In this document: positions 24,660 through 33,994 of the stretch, piece by piece | How positions within the stretch are numbered: the stretch's first letter is position 1 | Layout: every line of letters starts with the position of its first letter | Program-made: the position numbers and the translations under genes | Notes under the pieces: generated by a model | Told to the model about the DNA's origin: nothing | Seen by the model: only the letters and a program-made list of their open reading frames with translations | Databases searched by the model: none | Source: a bacterium | GTDB lineage: Bacteria; Patescibacteriota; Minisyncoccia; Minisyncoccales; JAGGXC01 | Assembly (NCBI GenBank): GCA_021157625.1 | Contig: JAGGWD010000005.1 | Span: forward strand, 2,118 to 66,117 | DNA length: 64,000 nt | Reading direction: 5' to 3'

Positions 24660-26693
24660 ATGCAGATATTTGAATTCCATTTTAATCCGAAGAAAGAAGA
24701 TAAGGTTTTTGAGAGTTTTGTTTTCGAGCCAGAAAATGTTTATGAAAAGAAAGTAGGAAATCTTTGTATTGCAGGAGAAATAACAAATATCTTATCTCAA
24801 AATCATCGACTCTTGAATAATCTTGCTTCTGTCATTAAAGAAGGTTATTATCGGCTCTCTCCACGTACTTCCTCTCTTGGCGCTTTGAAGAAATCACTAC
24901 AAGAAGCAAATAGGTTTTTGGAAGAAGAAGAAAAAAAAGGAAACATCAGTTGGCTAGGAAACCTCAATATTGCTGTAGTAAGCATAAAAAACCTTGATCT
25001 CAATTTTACCAAGACAGGGACTATTAAAATACTCTTGATAAGAAAAAATGAAATAATAGATATCGCCAAAGAAATAGAAAACAAAGAAGCAGAATCGCCA
25101 CCACTAAAGACATTTTCAAACATCATCTCGGGAAAATTTCTTTTGGATGATAAGTTATTGATTCTGACAAAAGAAATTTTTGATATTTTCTTGCAAGAAG
25201 GAATCTTCTCAGAGATTTTATCATGTTTGGAAAAGAACAAAGAAAAAAAACTAGATAAGGACCTGAGGTATATATTTAATAAACACAAAAAAGATCTTGG
25301 AGAGAAGGCAGGTCTTTTTCTTTTAATACTACAAGCGCCTGCAAAAAAGACAAAAGAAATCTCTTTGCCGCAAACAAAACCTGACGTAGTATTGTCTTCC
25401 TTGGCCCAACTTTCAAAAAAGAAAATATCAGGGTTTAAAAAAGCACTTACCCAAAAAATTAAAGTCTCAAAAATTATCAAGCCAAAATCACAGAAAAAGA
25501 CAAAAGGTAGAGTTCATATTCTCTCTAAAATCAAAGAAATCTTTATTGGATTACCAAAGAACTGGCCAAAAAAAAGAATTGTCGCCTTCTCAGGTATTCC
25601 TATCAAAAAAGCTATTATATTAATCTTTATTTTAATCGCCACTGTAGGAATAGGATTTTATATTCTTCAAATAGAGAAACAAAAAAATATTCAGAGAATC
25701 CAAGCGATCTTAAAAGAAAGTCAAGAAATCGCAGAAAGAGCAAATCTCGCTCTCACAGAAAACAAGACTCAAGAAGCAAACCTACTTTTCCAAGAGGCGT
25801 GGAAAAAAATATCTCCTCTCGCAGAAAACGAAAGAGTTCCTTTAAACAAAGAACTTGTTGATTTCAAAAAAACATTAGAAAATAAACTTCTTAATCTAAA
25901 CAAAATAGAAAAGATAGAACCTCAACTTGTGTTTGAAATAAAAGATCAAGGGTTTAATCCACAGGAAATTCTAATCTCAGAAAAAGATATTTATTTCTTT
26001 GAGCCAAATGCAAAAAGAATTTATTGGCTCGAAATCAAGCCTCGGAAAGGAAGATTTGTTGAGTTGAAGACAGCTCCAAAGAATGCTTCAGAGTTTCAGG
26101 ATTCACTTATCTTTCTCTCATCAAACAATAAGATATTTCTTCTCTCTGCTCCCTCTCGAATAAAAGATCTCAAATTTCCTTACAGTGAAGTGAATATAAT
26201 TAATATCTCAACTTTTGGCAGAAACTTCTATTTGCTTGATGCTGCAAAAAAGGAGATAATCAAATTCAGATTGGAACAAAAACCTAATCTTGAAGGAGAG
26301 CTTTGGCTTGCTCAAACAACAGAAAAACCATCGAGACCAAAATCGATGGCAATTGATGGCTCAATATGGATACTAGATGAAGAAAACAATATATGGCAGT
26401 ACTTTAAAGGAAAATTGAAGAATAAACTTGTTTTGAATTTATTTCCTTTTCCCAAAAAGATAACAAGAATTAAAACAAAATATTCTCTCCCCTATCTTTA
26501 TCTCTTAGAGCCATCAGAAAAACGAATCATTGTTTTAGATAAAAAAGGCAACCTACTAAAACAATTTGTAAATGAAAAATTTGATAATTTAAGAGATCTC
26601 TCTGTTGACACCAAAGGAACTATTTATGCTCTTGATGGTAAAAAACTTTACAGAATCCCTGCCACTCTATACTCTAATTCTTCTATTTTTTAA
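24660..26693 (+). CDS. Large membrane-anchored hypothetical protein (central TM helix, C-terminal repeat/propeller-like region)
   Basis: Long ORF with TM segment AIILIFILIATVGIGFYIL. Start moved to ATG 24660 (MQIFEFHF...), which sits 7 nt after a TATAAT (24647-24652). Confidence 0.65.
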   Translation: MQIFEFHFNPKKEDKVFESFVFEPENVYEKKVGNLCIAGEITNILSQNHRLLNNLASVIKEGYYRLSPRTSSLGALKKSLQEANRFLEEEEKKGNISWLGNLNIAVVSIKNLDLNFTKTGTIKILLIRKNEIIDIAKEIENKEAESPPLKTFSNIISGKFLLDDKLLILTKEIFDIFLQEGIFSEILSCLEKNKEKKLDKDLRYIFNKHKKDLGEKAGLFLLILQAPAKKTKEISLPQTKPDVVLSSLAQLSKKKISGFKKALTQKIKVSKIIKPKSQKKTKGRVHILSKIKEIFIGLPKNWPKKRIVAFSGIPIKKAIILIFILIATVGIGFYILQIEKQKNIQRIQAILKESQEIAERANLALTENKTQEANLLFQEAWKKISPLAENERVPLNKELVDFKKTLENKLLNLNKIEKIEPQLVFEIKDQGFNPQEILISEKDIYFFEPNAKRIYWLEIKPRKGRFVELKTAPKNASEFQDSLIFLSSNNKIFLLSAPSRIKDLKFPYSEVNIINISTFGRNFYLLDAAKKEIIKFRLEQKPNLEGELWLAQTTEKPSRPKSMAIDGSIWILDEENNIWQYFKGKLKNKLVLNLFPFPKKITRIKTKYSLPYLYLLEPSEKRIIVLDKKGNLLKQFVNEKFDNLRDLSVDTKGTIYALDGKKLYRIPATLYSNSSIF

Positions 26694-27347
26694 TTTTTGA
26701 ATATCTCTTTTTAGTTCCCATTTAACTTTCTCAAAGATGCTTATATCTTTTTTATGCGGGATTCCTTTTTTATTTTTTACTGCCCAAAAAATCTCTTGCA
26801 CAGATAAATTCTCTCCTTCTATTTCCAAGAAAGCATTACCTACACAATCTGCCTCATGAGCATCAGAACCAGCAGTGCAAGGAAGGTTAAACTTTCTTGC
26901 AAAAAGGAAAGCTTTTTTATTAAAGTAATCAGGTATAGAGGCATTGGTAACCTCTATTGCCAAATTAAGATCAGAAAGATCTCGGAAAATCTTCACTATA
27001 TTGCCCGAAAAACCTCGCAACCATACAAAAGGATGAGCAATGATTGCTAATCCTCCAAGTTTGTTCACTGCAATAATAGTTTCTTTAGCTGAGAGTCCAT
27101 CTGGGATTTTCTCTCTGATATTTATCCCAAGAATATCTCCTTCTTTACTCCTTATCTCAATTCCAGGAATGATGAGTATATCCTTAGAATAATTAAAACT
27201 AAGGGCCTGAAGCGCTCCCTTAGTTTCATGATGATCAGTAATACAGATAGCATCAAGACCTCGAGCAATAGCAGATTCTACTACTTCTCGAGGAGAGCTT
27301 ATCCCATCGTAGGAGAAATTGGTATGAATGTGAAAATCTACTTTCAC
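26667..27347 (-). CDS. PHP-family metal-dependent phosphoesterase
   Basis: MKVDFHIHTNFSYDG...AICITDHH...AHPF...GSDAH. Confidence 0.8.
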   Translation of the reverse strand: MKVDFHIHTNFSYDGISSPREVVESAIARGLDAICITDHHETKGALQALSFNYSKDILIIPGIEIRSKEGDILGINIREKIPDGLSAKETIIAVNKLGGLAIIAHPFVWLRGFSGNIVKIFRDLSDLNLAIEVTNASIPDYFNKKAFLFARKFNLPCTAGSDAHEADCVGNAFLEIEGENLSVQEIFWAVKNKKGIPHKKDISIFEKVKWELKRDIQKLKNRRIRV

Positions 27348-27348
27348 T

Positions 27349-27891
27349 TTATTTTAACTCAACCTTTGCGCCAGCTGCTTCCAATTTTTTCTTTATTTCC
27401 TCAGCTTCTTCCTTCTTGACATTTTCTTTTATTACCTGTGGACCCTTTGCTACAGCATCCACTAAATCCTTGGCATCTTTTAATCCCTTCTGGGTGATAT
27501 CTCTCACTGCCTTTATCACTTCGATCTTCTTATCTCCTATTCCTGTTAATTCAATAGTAAATACAGATTTCTCCGGAGTTTCTCCACCACCCCCTTGAGC
27601 TGCACCTCCACCAACAGGAGCAGCGACTACTTGAGGGGTAGCAGACACTCCAAACTTTTTCTCTAATACTTTAACCAACTCTGCTAAATCAAGAACGGAT
27701 AAACTCTCTATCTCTTTGACCAACTTCTCAAACTTTTTGGGCACTTCTACTTCTTCCTTTTCTTCCTTTTCTTCCTTTTCTTCCTTTTGTTCCTTTTGTT
27801 CCTTTTGTTCCTTTTCTTCTTTTTCTTCTTTTTGTTCTTTTTGTTCTGTCTTTGTTTCCTCTTTTTTTTCTTCCTTGGTTTCTTCTGCCAT
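27349..27891 (-). CDS. rplL: 50S ribosomal protein L7/L12 with a ~50-aa K/E-rich N-terminal extension
   Basis: From ~aa 52: [29 protein letters not shown] ... C-terminal domain [23 protein letters not shown]...[19 protein letters not shown]. Confidence 0.92.
   Translation of the reverse strand: MAEETKEEKKEETKTEQKEQKEEKEEKEQKEQKEQKEEKEEKEEKEEVEVPKKFEKLVKEIESLSVLDLAELVKVLEKKFGVSATPQVVAAPVGGGAAQGGGGETPEKSVFTIELTGIGDKKIEVIKAVRDITQKGLKDAKDLVDAVAKGPQVIKENVKKEEAEEIKKKLEAAGAKVELK
27745..27850 (-). repeat. Tandem 9-bp coding repeat (KEE/KEQ units) in the rplL 5' region
   Basis: Plus-strand ttccttttc / ttccttttg / ttctttttc units with period 9. Confidence 0.8.
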
Positions 27892-27917
27892 AAGAATTTA
27901 TTTAACTAATTAATAAT

Positions 27918-28433
27918 TTATTTTATTGCTCTAAGCACAAAAAGAAGACCTTTAATATTGTTTTCTAAAAGATTAACAAAATTTGAGAGTGGAGCGGAAA
28001 TACTCCCTACTAATCTTGAAAGAAGTTCTTGCCGTGTGGGAATCTTAGCAAGAGCAATAACATCTTCCTTTGTAATAAACTTGTTTTCAAAAACTCCTCC
28101 CAAGATTTTCAGATTATTGTGCTCAGAAGAAAATCGATGAACCACCTTAGCAGGCGATATTTCATCACCAAAACCAAAAACTACGCCTAACTCTCCTTTC
28201 AGTTGATCAATACAGGAAGCCAAAGATTCATCAAAACTCTGAAGTGCTCTTTTAAATAATGTTTTCTTTGACACCTTAAACAAAGAGTCAGATTGTTTCA
28301 GATTTTTTCTTAACTCAAGAAGCTCCTTTACACCAAGACCTGAGAAATCTACAAATATCATCGTTTTCTGACGTTCTATTTTTTCCTTTAAATCTTGGAC
28401 AATTTTTTGTTTTTGTTCTCGAGAAAGAGGCAT
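27918..28433 (-). CDS. rplJ: 50S ribosomal protein L10
   Basis: MPLSREQKQKIVQDLKEKIERQKTMIFVDFSGLGVKELLELRKNL. It lies directly upstream of rplL. Confidence 0.92.
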   Translation of the reverse strand: MPLSREQKQKIVQDLKEKIERQKTMIFVDFSGLGVKELLELRKNLKQSDSLFKVSKKTLFKRALQSFDESLASCIDQLKGELGVVFGFGDEISPAKVVHRFSSEHNNLKILGGVFENKFITKEDVIALAKIPTRQELLSRLVGSISAPLSNFVNLLENNIKGLLFVLRAIK

Positions 28434-28545
28434 AATGGTAGATCAAAAAACAAAAAATCTGCTTCCGCAGACAAAAAACAACAAAAAAACTTAATTATCC
28501 TCGGCAGGTCTTATTTTAATGCCTGCTGTCTGCGGATAAAGACAA
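28434..28545 (-). promoter_or_regulatory. rplJ leader with mutually exclusive long-range stem and terminator hairpin (L10-leader-type attenuator candidate)
   Basis: Minus strand CCGCAGAC (28535->28528) can pair with GUCUGCGG (28472->28465). That second segment overlaps the hairpin UCUGC-GGAA-GCAGA (28471->28458), which is followed by U6. Confidence 0.55.
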
Positions 28546-28549
28546 TTCT

Positions 28550-28579
28550 ATTATAACCAAATCTTTATTGAGCTGTCAA
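28550..28579 (-). promoter_or_regulatory. Promoter candidate for rplJ-rplL
   Basis: Minus strand: TTGACA (28579->28574), 18 nt, TATAAT (28555->28550). Confidence 0.6.
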
Positions 28580-29227
28580 TACTCTTATAATTTCCTGAGC
28601 AAACTCTCTTGCTGCACCAGGACCATTAGCAGTAATTATCTTTCCATCTATAACTACGGGTTGATTATAATATAAAGCACCGTATTCCTCTAATGTTTTA
28701 ATTCCACTTTTATCCAATGGGCTTGACCATACTGTAGCCTTCTTTCCATTAAGCACTCCGGCTTTGGCAAGAATCACAGGAGAAATACATATGGAAGCAA
28801 GCACTTTATTAGCAGAGATAGTCTCTTTAATTAATCTATAAGAACTTTCATTATCTAAGTATTTCAAACATCCAGGTCCACCCACAAACACTATAGCATC
28901 AAAATCTCCAGCTTTCACTTGATCTACAACCATATTAACAATTGTTTCTCCGCCATCTGCACCAATTGCTGTTCCTTCAGAAGTGCTAATAGTTACTATC
29001 CTAGCACCTTCATTCTCTAAGATCTGCTTGGGAGTAAAATACTCTTCATCTCGAAAATCTCTAAAGGCTATTACCATCGCTATCTTTTTGTCTTTTAACG
29101 GTTTTTCTTCCATAAGTCTTTCTTGAACAAAATTCTTCTCTTGTTTGGGATGAAACTTCTCAAGAAATATAACTCCACTTATCAAGAGTATACCTATTAT
29201 TATCAAGAAAGTAAAGACTTTTTTCAT
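28565..29227 (-). CDS. DJ-1/PfpI family protein with an N-terminal membrane anchor
   Basis: N-terminal TM (VFTFLIIIGILLISGVIFL). Class I glutamine-amidotransferase-like core with nucleophile elbow ASICISP. Confidence 0.78.
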   Translation of the reverse strand: MKKVFTFLIIIGILLISGVIFLEKFHPKQEKNFVQERLMEEKPLKDKKIAMVIAFRDFRDEEYFTPKQILENEGARIVTISTSEGTAIGADGGETIVNMVVDQVKAGDFDAIVFVGGPGCLKYLDNESSYRLIKETISANKVLASICISPVILAKAGVLNGKKATVWSSPLDKSGIKTLEEYGALYYNQPVVIDGKIITANGPGAAREFAQEIIRVLTAQ

Positions 29228-30282
29228 GTTTTCTGATTATTGTTATTCTTCTTTTCTTTTTTGAGACGTTCTATCTCCTTTTTGAGTTCTATCATCTTAA
29301 GTTCTCGACCAACAGTCAGTTTAAACCATTTATTCAATTCCTCTACTTTTTCCTCTAACTCTTTCTTGGTTTTTCTTTCTCTCTCTCTGGCTCGAAATAT
29401 TTCTTCTGCGCTCCTGTTGAGGTCTTTGGATAAAGCAAGCACTTCTTTATAGGAACTTCCGGTAAAATATTGGGCTTTCTTTTCTTGGGGAAGTCTTGCT
29501 ACGAATTCTTTTATTTCCTCAAATACTGAATAGATTGAAGAAAACAACATTCTTCCTATTATGGCAATCATAACAAAAGCAAGACAAGAAAGAGTAATTA
29601 AAAAAAGGGATAATTGAGAGGGAGGGACGAAACTTAAGAGAATGATAGTTATCAAAAAAAGCAAAAATATAAAATAATGAAACCTGTTTTCCAAACTAAA
29701 CAATTCCATCTCTTCTCTTGGCTTTATTCCTCTTTTACTTAATATTTTTCTGCACTCTCGCAATAGATCGTTTATAAAGAAAGCCTCAACTGAAAAGATA
29801 GAAAATAATGCCACAAAGGCTAAATAAATTAAACCACCAACTACAATAACAATTAAATTGAATCTGGAAGTTTTCAAGAAAGCCATCGTAAGGGTTGTTA
29901 GAACAATTACTGCACCTCCGTATATCAACGAATTTATTAGATTAGTAATCGGTTCTTTTTTCAAGACGCAAAAGAGCTCCTCTAGCTGTTGATTTGTCAA
30001 AGAAGGGTCTATATGACCATTTACTATATAAGAATTAATAATGCGGGCATTTTTTTGCTCCATTTTGAGCTTCAATAATCTTGCTCCTCCATTGAAGAGA
30101 ACTCTAAACAATTCCGAGCAAAGTAGATAATAAAGCCATAGAAATATAAAAATTTTCTCTACATCAGGCGATTCAAAGTCAGCATGCGCTAAAATAAAGA
30201 AGAACCCAAAAAGACCACACAAAAATGCCCAAATCTCTATTCTTGGTAGGAAATATTTAAAATAGAAATTTCTTTCTTTCAC
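29224..30282 (-). CDS. Multi-pass membrane protein with a C-terminal coiled coil, hypothetical
   Basis: Several hydrophobic helices and a K/E coiled-coil tail. It overlaps the downstream gene by 4 nt (ATGA). Confidence 0.6.
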   Translation of the reverse strand: MKERNFYFKYFLPRIEIWAFLCGLFGFFFILAHADFESPDVEKIFIFLWLYYLLCSELFRVLFNGGARLLKLKMEQKNARIINSYIVNGHIDPSLTNQQLEELFCVLKKEPITNLINSLIYGGAVIVLTTLTMAFLKTSRFNLIVIVVGGLIYLAFVALFSIFSVEAFFINDLLRECRKILSKRGIKPREEMELFSLENRFHYFIFLLFLITIILLSFVPPSQLSLFLITLSCLAFVMIAIIGRMLFSSIYSVFEEIKEFVARLPQEKKAQYFTGSSYKEVLALSKDLNRSAEEIFRARERERKTKKELEEKVEELNKWFKLTVGRELKMIELKKEIERLKKEKKNNNNQKT

Positions 30283-30294
30283 AGATCCTTTAAC

Positions 30295-31323
30295 TTAATT
30301 ATTGTTTTTTAGGTATTTTGCTTTAGCAATATTGTGTTCTTCTAAAGTTCTACTGAATATTGTTCTTCCATCAGGGGCAGATAAATAGTAAAGGTATTCA
30401 CTATCTTTATAATATATCGAAGCTAAAATACTTTCAAATCCTGGATTGCAAATCGGAGCCGGTGGTAGACCTTTGTATTTATAAGTATTGTATGGAGAAT
30501 CAATCTCGGTTTCTTTTTTGGATATAAACGTTGTTTTTTTTCCAATAATGTAGGTAATAGTGGCATCTACCTGTAAAGGAATACCAATCTTTAGCCTCTT
30601 CCATAAAATTCCAGCAACAAGTTTTTTGTCCTCTAAACTTTTTACTTCTTTTTCAAGCAAAGAAGCCATTGTTACTATTTCAAATATTGTCTTTCCTTGG
30701 CGAGCAATTTCTTTTCTTAGTTCGGGAGTTAGTTTTTTGCCGAAATTATCAAGCATCATCTCAACAATTTCCTCTGGAGTCATATCTCTTTCTATAAAAT
30801 AAGTGTCGGGAAAAAGATACCCTTCAAGGCCAACATTTTTAGGTTTATCTTCCAAAAAATTATATTTATCACTAAAATCCATTGCTTTGGAAGAATGTTT
30901 GGTTTTAGGAAAATCAACTACCTCCAAAAACTCTTCTGGCGCACAAATCCCTTTTTTGCCAAGATACAAAGCAATATCTCTTGCCCTCCATCCCTCAATG
31001 ATGGTTATTTTCTCTTTCAATGTTTTTCCACAAACCAGTTTATCTACAATCTCATCGATACTCATCGAAGGACTTAATTGATACGCACCTGCCTGAATAT
31101 TTCTCAACTGTCTTGTAAGGATCAAATATAAAAGAAAAAGGGCTTTATTTTTTATTATCCCTTCTTCTTCTAAATGCTGAGCAATTTCCTCTATTCCTTC
31201 TCCTTTATTTATTAAAAATATTTTTTCTTCCTGAGAATAAGAATCTTTTGGCAGATAAATTCCTTGCCAAACATACAAGACTCCTAATAGAGATATAAAA
31301 ATAATTATGATGAATTGTCTCAT
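30295..31323 (-). CDS. mltG: Endolytic murein transglycosylase MltG (YceG-like)
   Basis: N-terminal TM, TMASLLEKE catalytic region, SPYNTYKYKGLPPAPICNPG. Confidence 0.88.
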   Translation of the reverse strand: MRQFIIIIFISLLGVLYVWQGIYLPKDSYSQEEKIFLINKGEGIEEIAQHLEEEGIIKNKALFLLYLILTRQLRNIQAGAYQLSPSMSIDEIVDKLVCGKTLKEKITIIEGWRARDIALYLGKKGICAPEEFLEVVDFPKTKHSSKAMDFSDKYNFLEDKPKNVGLEGYLFPDTYFIERDMTPEEIVEMMLDNFGKKLTPELRKEIARQGKTIFEIVTMASLLEKEVKSLEDKKLVAGILWKRLKIGIPLQVDATITYIIGKKTTFISKKETEIDSPYNTYKYKGLPPAPICNPGFESILASIYYKDSEYLYYLSAPDGRTIFSRTLEEHNIAKAKYLKNNN

Positions 31324-31937
31324 CTCTCAATTAAAGGCACAAAAGCAAATCCTGGAAATTCCTTTTCTTCGAACTCTTCATTAGATTTTTTCAAAAAAAC
31401 CCAAATAGAAGAACGGATAGGAGTGACAATCCTTCCTCCAATTTTCAGCTGCTCTTTCCATGCTTCAGGAAGTTCATTCTGAATTGCAGCTGAACAAAGG
31501 ATCCTATCAAAAGGGGCTTGCTTTGGGTACCCTTTTGATCCATCAGCACACACAATCTCAACCCTTCCTTCTTTTACAAAATTGTACTTTGAGACATTAT
31601 TCCTTCCAAACTCCGCTAATTCAGGAATTAATTCAACTCCAATAACTTTCCCTTTCTTGCCAACAATTTCTGCCAGAAGAGCAGTAGTCCATCCAGACCC
31701 TGAACCTATATCTAAAATTTTATTCCCCTCCTGAGGGTTTAATTTTTCAAGCATAAAAGCTACCACTAAAGGCTGAGATATGGTCTGACCAAATCCTATT
31801 GGTAGAGCTTCATTGAGATCTGCAAGATCTTTGATTTTGGCAGGCAAAAAATCTTTTCTTTTGATCTTTTCAAAAGCTCTTATTATTCGAGGCTGAGAAA
31901 GCCAACCTTCGCTGATCAAAGTATCAATCAAGTCCAT
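31320..31937 (-). CDS. pcm: Protein-L-isoaspartate O-methyltransferase
   Basis: GFGQTISQPLVVAFMLE and SAM motif ILDIGSGSGWTTALLAEIVG. Confidence 0.88.
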   Translation of the reverse strand: MDLIDTLISEGWLSQPRIIRAFEKIKRKDFLPAKIKDLADLNEALPIGFGQTISQPLVVAFMLEKLNPQEGNKILDIGSGSGWTTALLAEIVGKKGKVIGVELIPELAEFGRNNVSKYNFVKEGRVEIVCADGSKGYPKQAPFDRILCSAAIQNELPEAWKEQLKIGGRIVTPIRSSIWVFLKKSNEEFEEKEFPGFAFVPLIER

Positions 31938-32016
31938 ATTTTAATATTATAACCTTCTTTATAAAAATAAAAAAGAAAAGATTTGTCTTTGTTTTGATCT
32001 ATACTACAAACAATTT

Positions 32017-33273
32017 TTACTCGTATCGCAAGGCTTCAATTGGACTCAATTGGGAAGCCTTTCTTGCAGGATATATCCCAAATACCAAACCAACAACAAC
32101 CGCTACTCCAACTCCCAGCACTATTGCTTTAAGAGAGATGAAAAACTTCCATTGCATATATAGCATTTTTCCAAATACCAATGATCCAAAGAAAGAGCCT
32201 AATATTCCAAGCACTATGCCAACAACACCTCCCACAGAAGTCAAAACAATGGCTTCAATCAAGAATTGATAAAGAATATCTTTTTTTCTAGCCCCCACTG
32301 CTTTCCTTAATCCTATCTCTTTTGTCCTTTCTGTTACAGAAACAAGCATTATATTCATTATCCCGATTCCTCCAACAACCAACGCAATGGCAGCAATACT
32401 TGAAAGAAATAGAGTAAATACTCCCATTACAGAACTCAAGATGTTGGCAGCCTCAACCTGACTCATTACTTTAAAATCATCTTTTGTTAAATCTCCCGTG
32501 GGATTATATATATTGTGCCTCTCTCGTAAGAGAAGACGGATATCTTCTACAGCTTCATCTATTACATCCTTACTTTTTGCTTTGGCAACTATCCATTTAA
32601 GGTGATCTATTCCCAAAAGTAGCTTTTGGGCTGTGGTAACTGGCACATAGACAAACTCATCCAAGTCCATAAATGTTTGGGTACCTCTCTCCTCAAGCAC
32701 TCCTATTACTCTAAAGTTGGTTTTTTTAATTCTTATAATCTTTCCAATAGGATTCTCATTACCAAATAAATCTTGAGCAATTTTGTAACCCAAAACAGCT
32801 ACCCTAGCCTGGCTTTTTACCTCTGCCTCTGTAAAATCCCTTCCCAGGGTCACCTCAGTTGCTTCTATTATATGAGCAGCTGGTGTAGTACCAATGAAGG
32901 TGACTTTTTTACTGACATCTTTATAAATCACCTTTTCTACCCCAATAACAAATGGAGCTACTTCTTCTATTTCCGGCAGATTTTTGATTGCTTGGGCATC
33001 GCTTATCTTCAAAGTCTTTATCTCAGCCTCTTCCATCCTTGCCTCCATTATCGAAGTCTTCTTTGGATCAAAAGCCCCCGGTTCAATAAAAATATTATTT
33101 GAACCCATCGACATAATTTGGCCTACTATCAAATGCTGAGCACCAGCACCAAGAGACATCATTGCTACTACCGCTGCTATTCCAATAACAATACCGAGTA
33201 TCGTCAGAAAAGAGCGAACTTTGTTTGTCTTTAGAGCAACCCAAGCGACTTTGAATGAATAGAGAATACTCAT
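32017..33273 (-). CDS. ABC transporter permease, MacB/FtsX family
   Basis: MacB_PCD-like periplasmic domain followed by an FtsX domain (ERTKEIGLRKAVGARKKDI). Confidence 0.88.
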   Translation of the reverse strand: MSILYSFKVAWVALKTNKVRSFLTILGIVIGIAAVVAMMSLGAGAQHLIVGQIMSMGSNNIFIEPGAFDPKKTSIMEARMEEAEIKTLKISDAQAIKNLPEIEEVAPFVIGVEKVIYKDVSKKVTFIGTTPAAHIIEATEVTLGRDFTEAEVKSQARVAVLGYKIAQDLFGNENPIGKIIRIKKTNFRVIGVLEERGTQTFMDLDEFVYVPVTTAQKLLLGIDHLKWIVAKAKSKDVIDEAVEDIRLLLRERHNIYNPTGDLTKDDFKVMSQVEAANILSSVMGVFTLFLSSIAAIALVVGGIGIMNIMLVSVTERTKEIGLRKAVGARKKDILYQFLIEAIVLTSVGGVVGIVLGILGSFFGSLVFGKMLYMQWKFFISLKAIVLGVGVAVVVGLVFGIYPARKASQLSPIEALRYE

Positions 33274-33282
33274 AGTCTTGAT

Positions 33283-33990
33283 TTATTTAATAAGTCCATC
33301 TTTTGCTAGCCTTCGATGAGCAACAATTTGATCATCAACGATTCTTCCATCTTTTAGCTGAATGATACGCTTGGCCATCTGAGCAGTATATTTCTCATGG
33401 GTTACCAAAATAATAGTATGACCTTGATCGTTCAAATTTTGCAAAATATCCATTATTTGCTGACCTGATTTACTATCCAAGTTTCCTGTGGGCTCATCGG
33501 CAAATATAACAGAAGGATGATTAACAATAGCACGAGCAATAGCTACCCTTTGCTGTTCTCCTCCTGATAGTTGGTTGGGATAATGAAATAGTCTATGAGA
33601 GAGGCCAACTTTTTTTAATGCCTCTCGGGCCATTCTATCTTGTTGTTCTCTTGCAATACCCGAATAAAGAAGAGGGAGTTTTACATTATCTAATACAGTT
33701 GTTCGAGGAAGTAAGTTAAAACTCTGAAATACAAATCCCATTTCTTTGTTTCTGATTCGAGCTAGTTGATCATCGTCTAGTTCATCAATACTTTTGCCTC
33801 TAAATTTATAAACTCCCGAAGTAGGTCTATCCAAAAAACCCATAATGTGCATAAGAGTTGACTTTCCCGAACCTGAAGGTCCTACAATAGCTACAAACTC
33901 TCCTTCTTTTATCAGAAAAGAAACCCCATCTAAAGCAACAGTGGGGACAATACCAGGATATATTTTCTTTATATCCTTTGCTTCTATCAT
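33283..33990 (-). CDS. ABC transporter ATP-binding protein (MacB/LolD type)
   Basis: Walker A GPSGSGKST, signature [14 protein letters not shown], Walker [13 protein letters not shown]. Confidence 0.92.
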   Translation of the reverse strand: MIEAKDIKKIYPGIVPTVALDGVSFLIKEGEFVAIVGPSGSGKSTLMHIMGFLDRPTSGVYKFRGKSIDELDDDQLARIRNKEMGFVFQSFNLLPRTTVLDNVKLPLLYSGIAREQQDRMAREALKKVGLSHRLFHYPNQLSGGEQQRVAIARAIVNHPSVIFADEPTGNLDSKSGQQIMDILQNLNDQGHTIILVTHEKYTAQMAKRIIQLKDGRIVDDQIVAHRRLAKDGLIK

Positions 33991-33994
33991 TCTA

